A DNA stretch of 64,000 bases from Candidatus Fermentibacteraceae bacterium (GCA_041750285.1 JBGSZS010000019.1:147590-211589); one strand, 5' to 3'. Positions 39,735 to 50,832 are shown, counted from the first letter of the stretch. The notes: generated by a model not told the origin, from the sequence alone. Made by a program: numbers and translations.

Positions 39735-41900
39735 CTAAATCCTGCCCGCCATGCGGGCTTTCAGCACCTCGAGCACCTCGGGAAGGTCCATGCCTATCTC
39801 CCTCATGTGCTCGGGCGTCGGGCACCCGTCCGGCGTCCAGCCCCGTCGTTTGAAAACGGCGTCGACCAGGGATTCGTACTGGCTCATCCGGTAGTCGCGG
39901 GTGATCTTGACCTTCTCCGCAAGGCTTTTGCCCGCGGGGTCGATGCCAATCTTCTCCTTCATCTGCCTGTCGTACCGTTCCTCGCGGGCCAGGTACTCGT
40001 CTTCGAAAACCGGCCCCATGGCCCTGTAGGCAGGGTAGTCATCCTTCCTGTGGCCGTATCCCTGACGGATGTTGAACGTGCGCTGGAAGTTGTAGACCCT
40101 CTCGCTCTGTCTTACCAGGCCGTCCCAGGTCAGAGGTTCCCCGGTGATGGCTGTGTAGAGCCTGAAGTAGTTCTCCACATGTTCGGGAACCTTGTTGGGC
40201 TCGGGGTGCTTTCCGTTGTCGGCCGGCTCCACGTCGTTCCAGGGAAGCTTGCAAAGCCCCTGAAGGCCGAACCAGGTCCTGAACATGGGGAAGTAGTGGA
40301 GCGCTTCGGCCTTCTTCTCGAAGGTGGGGATGTGGTTGTTGACCATGTCCATGAAGATGAGCCAGGCTTCGTCGTGCTGCGGCCCCTTGTTGGTCAGGTA
40401 GTAGCCGCCCTGCTGGGCCAGGGATTCCTTCGAGATGTACTCGGACTGCTCCAGACCCTTTCCGTGAAGGGCTATGTCCTTCATGACCTGAGGGTCGGCG
40501 CCGTACTCCGAGACGAAGTACCCGGCCAGGAACTTGACGCCCTTTCCGGCAAGGACTCCGAAGCGCTTGCCGTCGGCCATGTCGTGCAGGATCTGGGCGG
40601 CGCCCTTCCAGTTTCCCCATGTCAGATCGATGCCGTCAGTACGTTCGGCGTTCAGCACCCCGAGTTCCCAGCACTCCATCAGGAAGCTTGTCATGGTGCC
40701 GAAACTGATGGTGTCTATTCCGTAAGTGTCACAGTAGAAGTTGAGCTCGACGATCCCCAGCGGGTCGTACACGTAGAGATTGCTGCCCACCCCGGCCGCG
40801 GTTTCGTACTCGGGCCCGTCGACACACACTTTCGAGCCCTTGTAGGGACCGGTCTGCAGTTCGTAATGATCCACAGCATGGGCGCACGCCATCGTGCAAC
40901 CGTACCAGCAGCCATCGGGCAGGTTCTGGCTGAACAGCTTTTCCCAGACCCAGCTTGCTATCTCGTCACCCCTCGGGTCCTGGCCGTACTTGTGGTTCTT
41001 GGTGGGCAGGAGGTCGTAGTTGTTCATGATCTCCATGAGGTGGGCCGTACCCTGCTTGCGCATCTTGCACTGGGCGTCGTCGTTCACGACTATCTCGCGG
41101 TGCAGTTTCAACCCAATGCGCTGAACCTCGGCGGGGTCAGCGGCGTTGTTCAGGTCGGGCTTCACGCCCGAGAATCGGCACACAAGGGCGCGGATCTTCT
41201 TGTCGCGGAGAACGGTGCCTATGCCTCCCCTGCCGGCCTGCTTGACCCTGATGCCCTGACGCCTCTTGTCATACAGGCTGAAGTTCAGGATGCCCATCGG
41301 GGAGTGGTCCGCTCCCCGGCCGGCGCTCACCACCGAAACCGACTGGAGGTCCTTCTCATCACGTGCAAAGGCATGCGTGAGTTCCTCGGCCAGAAGGTGC
41401 GTGTCCTGCTGAAGGTTGGCCGGAGCCTCGAAGAACTGCACGGTCCCATTGTTGGAATCGATGAAGATGATGGTCTCGACGTCGGCCTTGCCCTGGAGCT
41501 CGAGGGCGTCCCAGCCGCCGAACTTGAAGTACGGGCCGAAGAACCCCCCGACGTTTGAGTCTATGGGAACCCCGGTCATGGGGGAGAGGCTGACCACAAG
41601 GCTCTTGCCGGATCCAGGATAGTTGGTGTTCCCACCGATGGGACCCATTCCCATCACTATCTCGTTCTCGGGATCGTTCCACTTGGTGGAAGGTTTCGTC
41701 GCGTCCCACAGGAGCTTCAGACCGAAACCCTTGCCACCCGTGAACCGCTTCTTCATGTCTTCGGAAACAGGCTTCTCTGTGGCCTTCCTGGTTCCAACGT
41801 CGAGGTGAAGGGTACGCATGGCGTAGCCGCGCTGAATACTTTTTGGTTCAAAGTCGTACTGTCCCAGGAGCCTGAAGTCGGCGGCCTTGAAGGCGCTCAT
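39735..41900 (-). CDS. aor: Tungsten-dependent aldehyde:ferredoxin oxidoreductase family protein
   Basis: FTGGKGFG, DSNVGG.FG, AGRGGIG, C.YGC.MAC, GPEYET, CDTYGIDTIS, GLCKLPW, RGWTPDGCPT. Confidence 0.92.
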   Translation of the reverse strand: MSAFKAADFRLLGQYDFEPKSIQRGYAMRTLHLDVGTRKATEKPVSEDMKKRFTGGKGFGLKLLWDATKPSTKWNDPENEIVMGMGPIGGNTNYPGSGKSLVVSLSPMTGVPIDSNVGGFFGPYFKFGGWDALELQGKADVETIIFIDSNNGTVQFFEAPANLQQDTHLLAEELTHAFARDEKDLQSVSVVSAGRGADHSPMGILNFSLYDKRRQGIRVKQAGRGGIGTVLRDKKIRALVCRFSGVKPDLNNAADPAEVQRIGLKLHREIVVNDDAQCKMRKQGTAHLMEIMNNYDLLPTKNHKYGQDPRGDEIASWVWEKLFSQNLPDGCWYGCTMACAHAVDHYELQTGPYKGSKVCVDGPEYETAAGVGSNLYVYDPLGIVELNFYCDTYGIDTISFGTMTSFLMECWELGVLNAERTDGIDLTWGNWKGAAQILHDMADGKRFGVLAGKGVKFLAGYFVSEYGADPQVMKDIALHGKGLEQSEYISKESLAQQGGYYLTNKGPQHDEAWLIFMDMVNNHIPTFEKKAEALHYFPMFRTWFGLQGLCKLPWNDVEPADNGKHPEPNKVPEHVENYFRLYTAITGEPLTWDGLVRQSERVYNFQRTFNIRQGYGHRKDDYPAYRAMGPVFEDEYLAREERYDRQMKEKIGIDPAGKSLAEKVKITRDYRMSQYESLVDAVFKRRGWTPDGCPTPEHMREIGMDLPEVLEVLKARMAGRI

Positions 41901-42358
41901 GAGTGGACCTCCTTCTTTCTCGCTGCCTCGGCAATTTCAAAGGGAAGCCGGGAGGCCGGGCTTTCTTCCTTCTCGGCGACCTCGAGGGCGTCGGCAGGGC
42001 AGGTCTTCACGCAGGCGCCGCAGGCGATGCATTTGAAAGGCGCCGGGTCGCCCGGGAAGTAGCGCATGGCCCCGATGGGGCAAACCGCCACGCATGCAAG
42101 GCACCCGACGCAAAGGCCCTTGTTTATCATCACGACGCCCTGGGCGTTCACGGTGATCGCCTGTGTCGGGCACTCGATGACGCACTTTCGGCACTCCTGA
42201 TCGCATGCGACCAGGTGGAATTTGCCCAGCCCCATCTGAAAGACCTGTATCCGGGATTTGGCCGGATCGTCCTCCTTGAAATAAAGGCGGGAGCATGTGG
42301 CCTGACAGGTCATGCACCCCACGCACTTCTCGTCATGAAGCTTCAGGTACTTGATCAC
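41897..42358 (-). CDS. 4Fe-4S dicluster ferredoxin-like subunit of AOR
   Basis: CVGCMTCQATC, CDQECRKCVIECP, CVGCLACVAVCP, CIACGACVKTCP. GTG start with an AGGAGG RBS; coupled to aor. Confidence 0.92.
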   Translation of the reverse strand: MIKYLKLHDEKCVGCMTCQATCSRLYFKEDDPAKSRIQVFQMGLGKFHLVACDQECRKCVIECPTQAITVNAQGVVMINKGLCVGCLACVAVCPIGAMRYFPGDPAPFKCIACGACVKTCPADALEVAEKEESPASRLPFEIAEAARKKEVHS

Positions 42359-42603
42359 GGTTGTGAACCTCCTGTTCATATCGGATGCGATTGGCGCAAC
42401 ACATTGCAGCCTGAGCATATGAGAATACTGCGCCCGGCGGCGGTCGGGGTGTTGCGAACCCTGATGTATGGCAAAACTATACGGGCATGGAGCGGTTTCA
42501 GCAACCGGAGCCGGAGGTTGTGCCACGTCCCCGGGGGTGATTACCGCGCCATGTATATTCCCGCAACGGGTCAGTTCATCTCAAACCCATCGTGGAGGTT
42601 CTC

Positions 42604-44670
42604 ATGTCTCCCCTTTTCGTGGCAACCGCACTTTTCACAATGCCTTCCCCGCCTCTCGCTCCCCGTATTCCCCACGACATCGAATCGCCCTTCGGAGTGA
42701 GGACTGACTTCTACTACTGGCTTCGGGACTCGGAAGACCCACGGGTCATCGAATACCTCGAAGCGGAGAACCTCTACGCGGAAGCGTTTCTTGCAGGGAA
42801 CGGCGACATCAGGGAGACCCTGATCTCCGAAATGGCCGACAGGCTGCCCTCCGAGGATGCCTCGGTGCCCTGGGAACTCGACGGCTGGTGGTACGGCACC
42901 CGTTACGAGGCCGGGGCCGAGTATCCCGTGTACTTCAGGTGCATGGGGGCGCCCGACGGCCCGGAGAGCGTTCTTTTCGACATGAACGAACTTGCCCGGG
43001 ACAGGGAGTACTTCTCACTCGAAGGCATGAGCGTGAGCCCCGACGGCTTCATCGTTTCGCTGTGCATCGACACCCTAGGCGACCACAGGGGAATGATCGT
43101 CTTCCTCGACACACGCGCCGGCGCCTTCCTTCCAGACACGCTCGACAACGCGAGCAGCGACATGGCGTGGGGGGCGGACAGCCGAACCTTCCTCTTCGGG
43201 TATCTTGACGAGACCCGTCGGACCGCCGGTTTCTCAAGGTACTCCCTCGGTTCGGGAGAGTCGCCCGAGAGCGTGTTCTTCGAGGCCGATTCGACGTTCT
43301 GGCCCTGGATGTACGAGTCTCGGAGCAGGGAGTGGATAGTCATCGGAACGGAAAGCACGGACACATCCGAGTTCTTCCTGATGCGTTCCGATCATCCTTC
43401 CGCATCGCCCACGGTGGTGTTTCCCAGGGAACGGGGCGTGCTCTACTCACTCGAGTTCGCGGGGGATTCGCTTTACATACTCACGAACCGCGACGCCCTG
43501 AACTTCAGGCTCCTCCGCACCCTGCCTCCGGGGTGCCCGGAGATAACCGAAGTCCTTCCCCACGATCCCGATGTCCTTCTGGAGGGGATGGTCGGGTTCC
43601 GCAACCGGCTTGTCGTTATGGACAGGTCGTCGGGAAGGCAGGGGCTTCGCATACTGGCCGTTCCCGATGGTGAATGGCTGCGGGTTGAGCTGCCGGATGA
43701 ACCGGCTTCCATCTATTCCTCCGCCAACCACGAATACGATTCGGACTCGTTCCGTTTCGAGTTCTCATCATTCGTCACACCCTGGTCAACCGTATCGTGC
43801 GACCTTCCCACGGGGGAGCTCACGTTCCTGAAGACCGATTCGGTGGCGGGCTACGATCCTTCGCTCTATGAGACCGAATTCCTCACGGCTCCCGCGCCCG
43901 ACGGCGAGATGGTGCCGGTCTCACTGGTCTACCGCCGCGACCTTTTCAGCCCCGGCGGTAATCCCCTGCTCCTCTACGGTTACGGAGCGTACGGGTACAG
44001 CAACGACCCCATGTTCAGTTCAAGCGCGCTCAGCCTTCTGGACAGGGGCTTCGTGTACGCCATCGCCCATGTGAGGGGTGGACAGGAGCTTGGCCGCAGG
44101 TGGTACCTCGACGGCATGCTTCTCTCCAAGAGGAACACTTTCACCGACTTCATTGCCTGCGCCGAGTACCTGGGTGAAACCGGCTGGTGCGATCCCGGCA
44201 GGATGTTCGGCATGGGTGAGTCGGCGGGTGGTCTTCTCATCGGAGCGGTTGCGAACATGCGCCCCGATCTCTGGCGAGGTCTCGTTGCGGGAGTGCCCTT
44301 CGTTGACGTCGTTACGACGATGATGGACGAGTCCATCCCCCTGACGACCGGAGAGTACAGCGAGTGGGGAAACCCGGCCGACCGGGAATCCTACGGGTAC
44401 ATGCTGTCCTATTCGCCGTACGACAACGTGGCGGCAGTCGATTACCCGGCCATGCTTGTGACAGCCGGGCTTTACGATTCACAGGTCGGCTATTGGGAGC
44501 CAGCCAAGTGGGTCGCCTCCATGCGTCACACCGGCATGGGCCATGAGCCACTGCTGTTCATCACCAACATGGGCGCCGGCCACGGCGGTTCCTCAGGAAG
44601 GTATTCGTGGCTTGCGGACATCGCGAACCAGTACGCGTTCCTCATCGAGCTGGCCGGAATGGGCTTGTGA
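42604..44670 (+). CDS. ptrB: Oligopeptidase B / protease II (S9A)
   Basis: DFYYWLRD, YLEAEN.Y, LLYGYGAYG, HVRGGQELG, GESAGG, EYSEWGNP, DSQV.YWEPAKW, AGHGG.SGR. Confidence 0.92.
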   Translation: MSPLFVATALFTMPSPPLAPRIPHDIESPFGVRTDFYYWLRDSEDPRVIEYLEAENLYAEAFLAGNGDIRETLISEMADRLPSEDASVPWELDGWWYGTRYEAGAEYPVYFRCMGAPDGPESVLFDMNELARDREYFSLEGMSVSPDGFIVSLCIDTLGDHRGMIVFLDTRAGAFLPDTLDNASSDMAWGADSRTFLFGYLDETRRTAGFSRYSLGSGESPESVFFEADSTFWPWMYESRSREWIVIGTESTDTSEFFLMRSDHPSASPTVVFPRERGVLYSLEFAGDSLYILTNRDALNFRLLRTLPPGCPEITEVLPHDPDVLLEGMVGFRNRLVVMDRSSGRQGLRILAVPDGEWLRVELPDEPASIYSSANHEYDSDSFRFEFSSFVTPWSTVSCDLPTGELTFLKTDSVAGYDPSLYETEFLTAPAPDGEMVPVSLVYRRDLFSPGGNPLLLYGYGAYGYSNDPMFSSSALSLLDRGFVYAIAHVRGGQELGRRWYLDGMLLSKRNTFTDFIACAEYLGETGWCDPGRMFGMGESAGGLLIGAVANMRPDLWRGLVAGVPFVDVVTTMMDESIPLTTGEYSEWGNPADRESYGYMLSYSPYDNVAAVDYPAMLVTAGLYDSQVGYWEPAKWVASMRHTGMGHEPLLFITNMGAGHGGSSGRYSWLADIANQYAFLIELAGMGL

Positions 44671-44800
44671 CAAGATAATTGACATTGCTTTCCCTGAATA
44701 ATACGGCATCAGGGCGGCAATAAGCATCGGCTGGTTTGCATCTTTCCCGGTGTTTTTATTACCTTCCGGAAATACTGGTTCCGCCCTGAAGGGAGGGGTT

Positions 44801-47794
44801 TTGAAGCTGACCGGATCCGCCGTTTCCCGCCCAGTGGCGGTGACAGTTCTCGCCATTGTAGCCGCAGTTCTCGGTGCCGTGGCAGTGATACAGATGCCCG
44901 TCGACCTCCTGCCTTCAGTGGAGTATCCCCGGCTCACGATCGAAACCACCTACCCTTCCTCCAGCCCCTTCGAGGTGGAACGGCTCGTGACGGATCCCCT
45001 CGAAGACGCCCTTGCCGGTGTGAGGGGGCTCAGGTCCTACACATCCCGTTCGTACGGCGACATGAGCCGGATCACTCTCGAGTTCGAGTGGGGAACCAAC
45101 ATGGACTACACCCGGCTCGAAGTCAGGGAAAAGCTTGACATAGCCAGCTGGTCGCTGCCGGACGGCACCGGGCGCCCCACCATGGTTGATTACGACCCTT
45201 CATCCAGGCCTTTCATGGAGATCCTTCTCACCATGGACGGCTCCTGGACCGACATCACCGACTTCGCCAGGCGCGTCGTGACTGCGCGCCTGGAACAGGC
45301 CGACGGCGTCGCATCGGTAACCGTCGACGGCGGAGCCGATCCGGCGGTGTTCGTCAGGCTTCGCCCCGGCGCCATGGAGGAACTGGGTCTCGACCCTTCG
45401 GCGGTCAGCGCCGCACTTGCGGGGGCGAACGCCATAACCGCCGGCGGAGGCGAGGTACTCGACGGTCAGAAGGAGTTTTTCCTCTCACTGCAGGGCGAGT
45501 TCGAGACCCTGGAGGACGTGGAGAACACGGTCATAGGTTTCCTGGGCACTTCCCCCCTCCTGCTGGGAGACGTGGCTCAGGTCTACCTCGACGAAAAGCC
45601 ACCGACCGAGTGGGCCAGCTTCAACGGCGAACGGGCTATCATTCTCAGGGTGAGGAAGATGTCCGAGGCCAACACGGTCGATGTCGCTGCGAGCGTCGAG
45701 GGGCTGATCGCCGATCTCACCGTCGCCTACCCCGAACTGGGGCTTTCCGTGATACAGAACGATGCCGGGTTCATCCGCGAGTCAATTGGCGGGGTGGTCG
45801 AAGCCCTCATTCTCGGCGGTTTCCTTGCCTTCGGCATCCTGTTCTTCTTTCTGCGGGACTGGAAAAGCCCGCTGGTACTTGGCGTATCACTGCCCCTCAG
45901 CATCGCCATCTCGCTGTTCTTCCTCTACATCGCGGGCGTGACGGTGAACATCATGAGCCTGGGAGGCCTCGCGCTGGGTTCCGGGCTTCTCGTGGACAAT
46001 GCGGTCGTGGTCCTCGAATCCATATACAGGCGCCGGGAGAAGGGAGAGAGCGGGATCTCCGCCGCCATCAGCGGAACGGGGGAAGTTGGACCCGCAATCG
46101 TTGCCAGCACGCTGACGACCGTTGTGGTGTTCTTCCCCGTGGTATACATGGAAGGCATAACGAGCCAGCTCTTCCGCGACCAGGCCCTGGCGGTCGGTTC
46201 CGCCCTTCTCGCGAGCCTTCTCGTGGCGGTCACCGTCATTCCCGCCATGGCCGCGAAACTTGGAAGGACGGGACCTTCCAAGGACGTGACTGCTTCTCTG
46301 AAGGACTGGTACTGCCGGTTTCTTGAGAAGGCTCTGACAAGACGCAGGTCCCTGATGACGGTTACCCTTGCCGGGACTGTCGCCGCTCTGCTCGGCGCGG
46401 CCCTTCTTCCCATGCAGCTTCTGCCCGAGGTCCCCGAAAACCAGCTCGAGCTTTCTTTCAGTGCCCAGGAGGGCACCTCGATGGACCGTCTTGTTCAGCT
46501 TTCGGAAGCAGCCAACGAACTCGCCGGCCTCTCGGGTGCGGAGTGGACGAGCGGCCGCGTGGGCGTAAGGGCCGAGGAGGGTGTTGATGCCCTTCTCACG
46601 GCCAGTTACTCCGGCTCCGGTGCGGCGCTTTCTGCTGTGGCGCCCCTGAGGGATTCGTGGGGAGCCCTTTTCAGCTTCCCGCTTCAGGTTTCCGTCAGGG
46701 AGGGCCTTCTGGGGCAGATCCTCGGAGGCGGAAGCGGTTTCACGGTTTTCCTCGAGGGTGACAACCTCGATGCGACGCTTGCAGCCGCCGACGGCCTCGC
46801 CGGCGCAGCCCTGGGCAGTGTTCCGGGCGTCCTTGGCGCAGATGTGCAGTTCCTTCCCGGCAAACCCGAGATAGTGATGACGCCCGATCAGGAGCTGCTC
46901 GCCCTTCTCGGGATTTCCATCGGCGATCTGGCCGACTTTGTCGAGAGCCTTTCCCGCGGTCTTACGGCAACCACCTACTACCGCCAGGACGAGCGCGTGG
47001 ACGTCGTTGTTCTCGCCGACCGGGGCGAGGGCATCCACCTCGACTCACTCCTGGCACGGGCCATGCCCACTGACGGAGGGCTGGTTCAGCTTTCCCGGCT
47101 TGTGGACGTTGCAGTGAGGGATACTCCCGGTTTCATCGAGCACTATCAGGGAAATCGGGCAGTGGCCGTCACCATTGCGGGCGGCGGGGCGAACATGGCA
47201 GGAACGTCCGAGCGGGTGAGGACACTCTCCGATTCCCTGCTCTCGGGTTCTCCGGTAAGGCTAAGGATAGGCCCCGAGATCGAGGAGATGGATCGAACCG
47301 TATCAAATCTCCTTCTCGCGGCGGTTCTGGCTGTGGCCCTTGTATATGTGCTTCTCGCCGTGCAGTTCGAGAACTTCCTTGAACCGTTCATCATAATGTT
47401 CACGGTTCCACTGGGAGTCATAGGAGTGGTCCTTGGTCTGGCTGTTTCCGGTCAGAGCTGGAATGCCCTCTCCGGAATAGGGCTGGTCATCCTCTCTGGC
47501 ATTGTGGTGAACGACGGCATCCTCCTTGTGGAGCGCATAAGCCAGCTCCGCAAGGAGGGGGTTCCCACCCGCGAAGCCATACTTGGAGCCGGCAGGGACA
47601 GGTTCAGGCCGGTTCTGATGACTACTGCCACCACGGTTCTGGGCCTTCTGCCAATGGCGCTCGGGCTCGGTACCGGGGCCGCGCTCAGAAAGCCACTGGC
47701 CGTTGCGGTCATCGGAGGGATAATAGTCGCCACGCTGCTTACACTTCTTGTGATTCCCGTTCTCTACAGCCTTCTTCGGGAAGGCCGTCGTTGA
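44801..47794 (+). CDS. RND efflux permease subunit 1 (AcrB/SwrC-like)
   Basis: TTG start after GGAGGGG; PVDLLP.VEYP, GLLVDNAVVVLE, STLTTVVVFFP, RFRPVLMTT. Confidence 0.93.
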   Translation: MKLTGSAVSRPVAVTVLAIVAAVLGAVAVIQMPVDLLPSVEYPRLTIETTYPSSSPFEVERLVTDPLEDALAGVRGLRSYTSRSYGDMSRITLEFEWGTNMDYTRLEVREKLDIASWSLPDGTGRPTMVDYDPSSRPFMEILLTMDGSWTDITDFARRVVTARLEQADGVASVTVDGGADPAVFVRLRPGAMEELGLDPSAVSAALAGANAITAGGGEVLDGQKEFFLSLQGEFETLEDVENTVIGFLGTSPLLLGDVAQVYLDEKPPTEWASFNGERAIILRVRKMSEANTVDVAASVEGLIADLTVAYPELGLSVIQNDAGFIRESIGGVVEALILGGFLAFGILFFFLRDWKSPLVLGVSLPLSIAISLFFLYIAGVTVNIMSLGGLALGSGLLVDNAVVVLESIYRRREKGESGISAAISGTGEVGPAIVASTLTTVVVFFPVVYMEGITSQLFRDQALAVGSALLASLLVAVTVIPAMAAKLGRTGPSKDVTASLKDWYCRFLEKALTRRRSLMTVTLAGTVAALLGAALLPMQLLPEVPENQLELSFSAQEGTSMDRLVQLSEAANELAGLSGAEWTSGRVGVRAEEGVDALLTASYSGSGAALSAVAPLRDSWGALFSFPLQVSVREGLLGQILGGGSGFTVFLEGDNLDATLAAADGLAGAALGSVPGVLGADVQFLPGKPEIVMTPDQELLALLGISIGDLADFVESLSRGLTATTYYRQDERVDVVVLADRGEGIHLDSLLARAMPTDGGLVQLSRLVDVAVRDTPGFIEHYQGNRAVAVTIAGGGANMAGTSERVRTLSDSLLSGSPVRLRIGPEIEEMDRTVSNLLLAAVLAVALVYVLLAVQFENFLEPFIIMFTVPLGVIGVVLGLAVSGQSWNALSGIGLVILSGIVVNDGILLVERISQLRKEGVPTREAILGAGRDRFRPVLMTTATTVLGLLPMALGLGTGAALRKPLAVAVIGGIIVATLLTLLVIPVLYSLLREGRR

Positions 47795-50700
47795 TCGATC
47801 TGGTGCTCAGGCGTCCAAGGGGCACCGCCCTGGTGTTCACGGCGCTCCTTGGCCTTGCGGTGGTGTCGTTCTTCAGGATACCCATCGAAGGCACGCCCGA
47901 TACGACCCTCCCAAGCCTCACAGTCAGCACCACCTGGGCCGGGGCCGACCCCGAGGCGGTCTGCGAACAGGTCAGCAGACCCATTGAGGAGGCTGCCAGG
48001 CAGGTGCAGGGAGTCGAAGAGGTCTCCTCCACGTCGGGGCTCGGCAGCAGTACTGTTACGGTCTCATTCGCCAAGGGCACGGACATGGATGTTGTCGCCA
48101 TGGAACTGACGGAAAGGATCAGCATGATCCGCCGTGACCTTCCATCGACCATCAGACCGAGTCAGGTCACACAGTCGGTCCCCCGCGAGATGGAGAGCGA
48201 AGGCTTTCTGGTCTACAGCCTCACGGGAGCCGAGCGCCCGGTCCTCAAACAGATATCGGAAGACATCGTCGTCCCTGCCCTCGAGAGGGTGGATGGTGTC
48301 AGCTCTGTGATAGTGGAGGGGCTGGGATCTGAAGAGATAGTCATCAACATCGACCTCGAGGCTCTCAGGGCCTACGACCTCACGCTCGCCCACGTAGCCT
48401 TCGCCATCAGGGCCGGCGTGGTCGACAGGAACGTTGGCGTGGTGTCGGATTCATCAGGTATCGAGGCGGTGCTCAGGGTCAGCAGCGTGCCGGGCGTGCC
48501 GGCCGGTATCGAGTCGGTACCCCTTGCCTACAGGGGGGGGCGCTTCGTGACCGTCGGCGACATCTCCCACGACATAAGCGTGAGCTACTCCGACCAGACC
48601 GGAGCGATCTTCAGATACAACGGCCTCGATCAGGTCTCCCTCCAGATCGACCGAAGCCCGGGAAGCAATGCCGTGGCCACCGCCCGAAGGGTGGCGGGAA
48701 CCATTGGCAGGATAGAGCGAAACCTGCCCCAGGGTGTGATGCTTGACCTCACGGAAGATGGCACCGAGGGCATAGTGAAAGACCTCAACGCCCTTTCCTG
48801 GAGGGCCCTTCTGTCCATTGTGCTCATAACCCTCATCCTTCTTGTTCTGAACCCCAGCCCGATGACCACCCCGCTCGTACTCAGCTCGATCCTGTTCAGC
48901 GCCGCCCTGGCGGTGACTGCCGTGTTCCTGGCCGGTTACACGATCAATGTACTCACCCTGAGCGCCCTTGCGATAGCTTTCGGTCTTCTTGTCGACGGCG
49001 CGGTGGTCGTTCTGGAAGGCATAGCCTATCGCAGAAGGCAGGGCATGCCGCCACTGGAAGCGGCGGGAGTCGGTGCAAGGGAGGTTGCCGTTCCCATACT
49101 CGGGGGTATCCTCACCACACTTGTGGCCCTTGTGCCCCTCCTTGCGAGCGAGGGGGTGCTGAGACTCTACTACAAGCCCTTCGCATTCACGGTTGCCGCC
49201 ACGCTCATGGCATCGTACGCGGTATGCCTGACCCTGGTCCCTTCGATCGCCGGCCGTCGCGGGAAAAGCGACTGGTACAAGGAACGTCTCTGGGACAGGA
49301 CCCTCGCCCGCTGGGTCTCAATGCTTCACCACAGACCCTGGATAATCCTCTCGGCCACCATTCTGCTCGTGGCTGGCTCGATCTATGTTCTTGTCGCGAA
49401 GGTCGAACACGGAGAGACATGGAACTTCGGCGGATGGCAGAGGAACAGCATTCATGCGAACATCAGGTTCCCGCCCGGCACGCCTCAGGAGATCGTTGAC
49501 GGTGTTGCACGTCAGTTCGAGGTCATACTGGCCCGGCGCGACGGCGTAATGGCATCACGCACCTACGTCTGGGGAGAGTCCGCCTACATCTACAGCGAGT
49601 TCGACGATGAGGCCCTTGCAAGCGGTTTTGCGCTGCAGGTCGAGGCCGAGGCCATGGCTTTCGCAACCACCATTGGGGGAACCAGCTCGGTCTGGGTCGG
49701 CGGGATCAGCCCGGACGGTTACTGGAAGAACTCGACGAGTGCCGGAATGATGCAGACGATCGAACTCAGGGGTTTCGACTATCAGGGCCTCAAGAACGTC
49801 GCAGTAAACCTTGCTGCACTGCTCTCCTCCCATCCGCGGATCGAGGGAGTGGACATCAATTTCTCGCGCCGTGAAATGAACAGGGAGCAACTAGCCGTTG
49901 TTTTCGACAGGCAGGAACTTGCCGATCTGGGCCTGAACCCTGTTCAGCTTCTTCAGGCCTTCTCCTATAACTTTGCCGGGGGATACGGTGGTCAGGTCAG
50001 GGTGTCCGATACCTCGCTCGACCTTTCGTTCCGTCTCGAAGGCAGGGAGAATCCCGAGCTTTCGGATGTTCTCGACAGCGGGATACAGACCCGTGACGGA
50101 ACCATACGGCTTGGCGACGTGGTTACGATCGACACCTTGTCGGTTCAGGGCTCCATAAACAGGGAGAACGGCGAGTACGTGAGAACCATTGCCTATTCGT
50201 TCATGGGTGCGGAACGCATGGCGGCCCGTTTCAGAAGCACGCTGCTCCAAAGCCTTTCCCTTCCCTCGGGCTACCGGGTCTACGAGGAGACGAACTGGAT
50301 CCCTGAATGGCTCCGCAGGGAAGAGGGGGCTGACATGAACCTGCTTGTCGCGCTTGCCATCCTTGCGGTGTTCGCCGTGACGGCCATCGTCTTCGAGAGC
50401 TTCACGGCGCCCCTCTGGGTGCTTGCCGTGGTGCCCATGGCCCTGGTGGGGGTCGTGGCGGGTTTCTGGGCCTTCGGCAGGGTCTTCAGCCCCGAGGCCT
50501 ATGTGGGAAGCGTTTTTCTGGTGGGGATCGCTGTGAACAACTCGATACTTCTCGTGGACAGTTACGTTAAAAAGGAAAAGGAGGGTATTCCGGTCAGGAC
50601 CGCCATAGATCTTGTGGTTCAGGAGAGGCTCAGACCCGTTCTGCAGACCACCGCAACGACAGTTCTGGGGCTTCTGCCCCTCGTCCTGTGGCCGATATCC

Positions 50701-50832
50701 GGCCAGGACCTCTGGGGTACCCTGTCTTTCACCGTGGTATGCGGTATGGTCGTGAGCACGCCCCTTGTGCTGGTGGCTCTGCCCGCCCTCATTCAAGTCA
50801 CTTCCCGAAGGAGGAGGAATGAAAAGGTTTAG
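47791..50832 (+). CDS. RND efflux permease subunit 2
   Basis: GLLVDGAVVVLE, GIAVNNSILLVD, RLRPVLQTT; overlaps the subunit 1 stop (TTGA). Confidence 0.92.
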   Translation: MIDLVLRRPRGTALVFTALLGLAVVSFFRIPIEGTPDTTLPSLTVSTTWAGADPEAVCEQVSRPIEEAARQVQGVEEVSSTSGLGSSTVTVSFAKGTDMDVVAMELTERISMIRRDLPSTIRPSQVTQSVPREMESEGFLVYSLTGAERPVLKQISEDIVVPALERVDGVSSVIVEGLGSEEIVINIDLEALRAYDLTLAHVAFAIRAGVVDRNVGVVSDSSGIEAVLRVSSVPGVPAGIESVPLAYRGGRFVTVGDISHDISVSYSDQTGAIFRYNGLDQVSLQIDRSPGSNAVATARRVAGTIGRIERNLPQGVMLDLTEDGTEGIVKDLNALSWRALLSIVLITLILLVLNPSPMTTPLVLSSILFSAALAVTAVFLAGYTINVLTLSALAIAFGLLVDGAVVVLEGIAYRRRQGMPPLEAAGVGAREVAVPILGGILTTLVALVPLLASEGVLRLYYKPFAFTVAATLMASYAVCLTLVPSIAGRRGKSDWYKERLWDRTLARWVSMLHHRPWIILSATILLVAGSIYVLVAKVEHGETWNFGGWQRNSIHANIRFPPGTPQEIVDGVARQFEVILARRDGVMASRTYVWGESAYIYSEFDDEALASGFALQVEAEAMAFATTIGGTSSVWVGGISPDGYWKNSTSAGMMQTIELRGFDYQGLKNVAVNLAALLSSHPRIEGVDINFSRREMNREQLAVVFDRQELADLGLNPVQLLQAFSYNFAGGYGGQVRVSDTSLDLSFRLEGRENPELSDVLDSGIQTRDGTIRLGDVVTIDTLSVQGSINRENGEYVRTIAYSFMGAERMAARFRSTLLQSLSLPSGYRVYEETNWIPEWLRREEGADMNLLVALAILAVFAVTAIVFESFTAPLWVLAVVPMALVGVVAGFWAFGRVFSPEAYVGSVFLVGIAVNNSILLVDSYVKKEKEGIPVRTAIDLVVQERLRPVLQTTATTVLGLLPLVLWPISGQDLWGTLSFTVVCGMVVSTPLVLVALPALIQVTSRRRRNEKV

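Noticed and set aside
44679..44714. TTGACA upstream of the RND operon
   Set aside because: Perfect -35 but no convincing -10 at 16-18 bp; not called.
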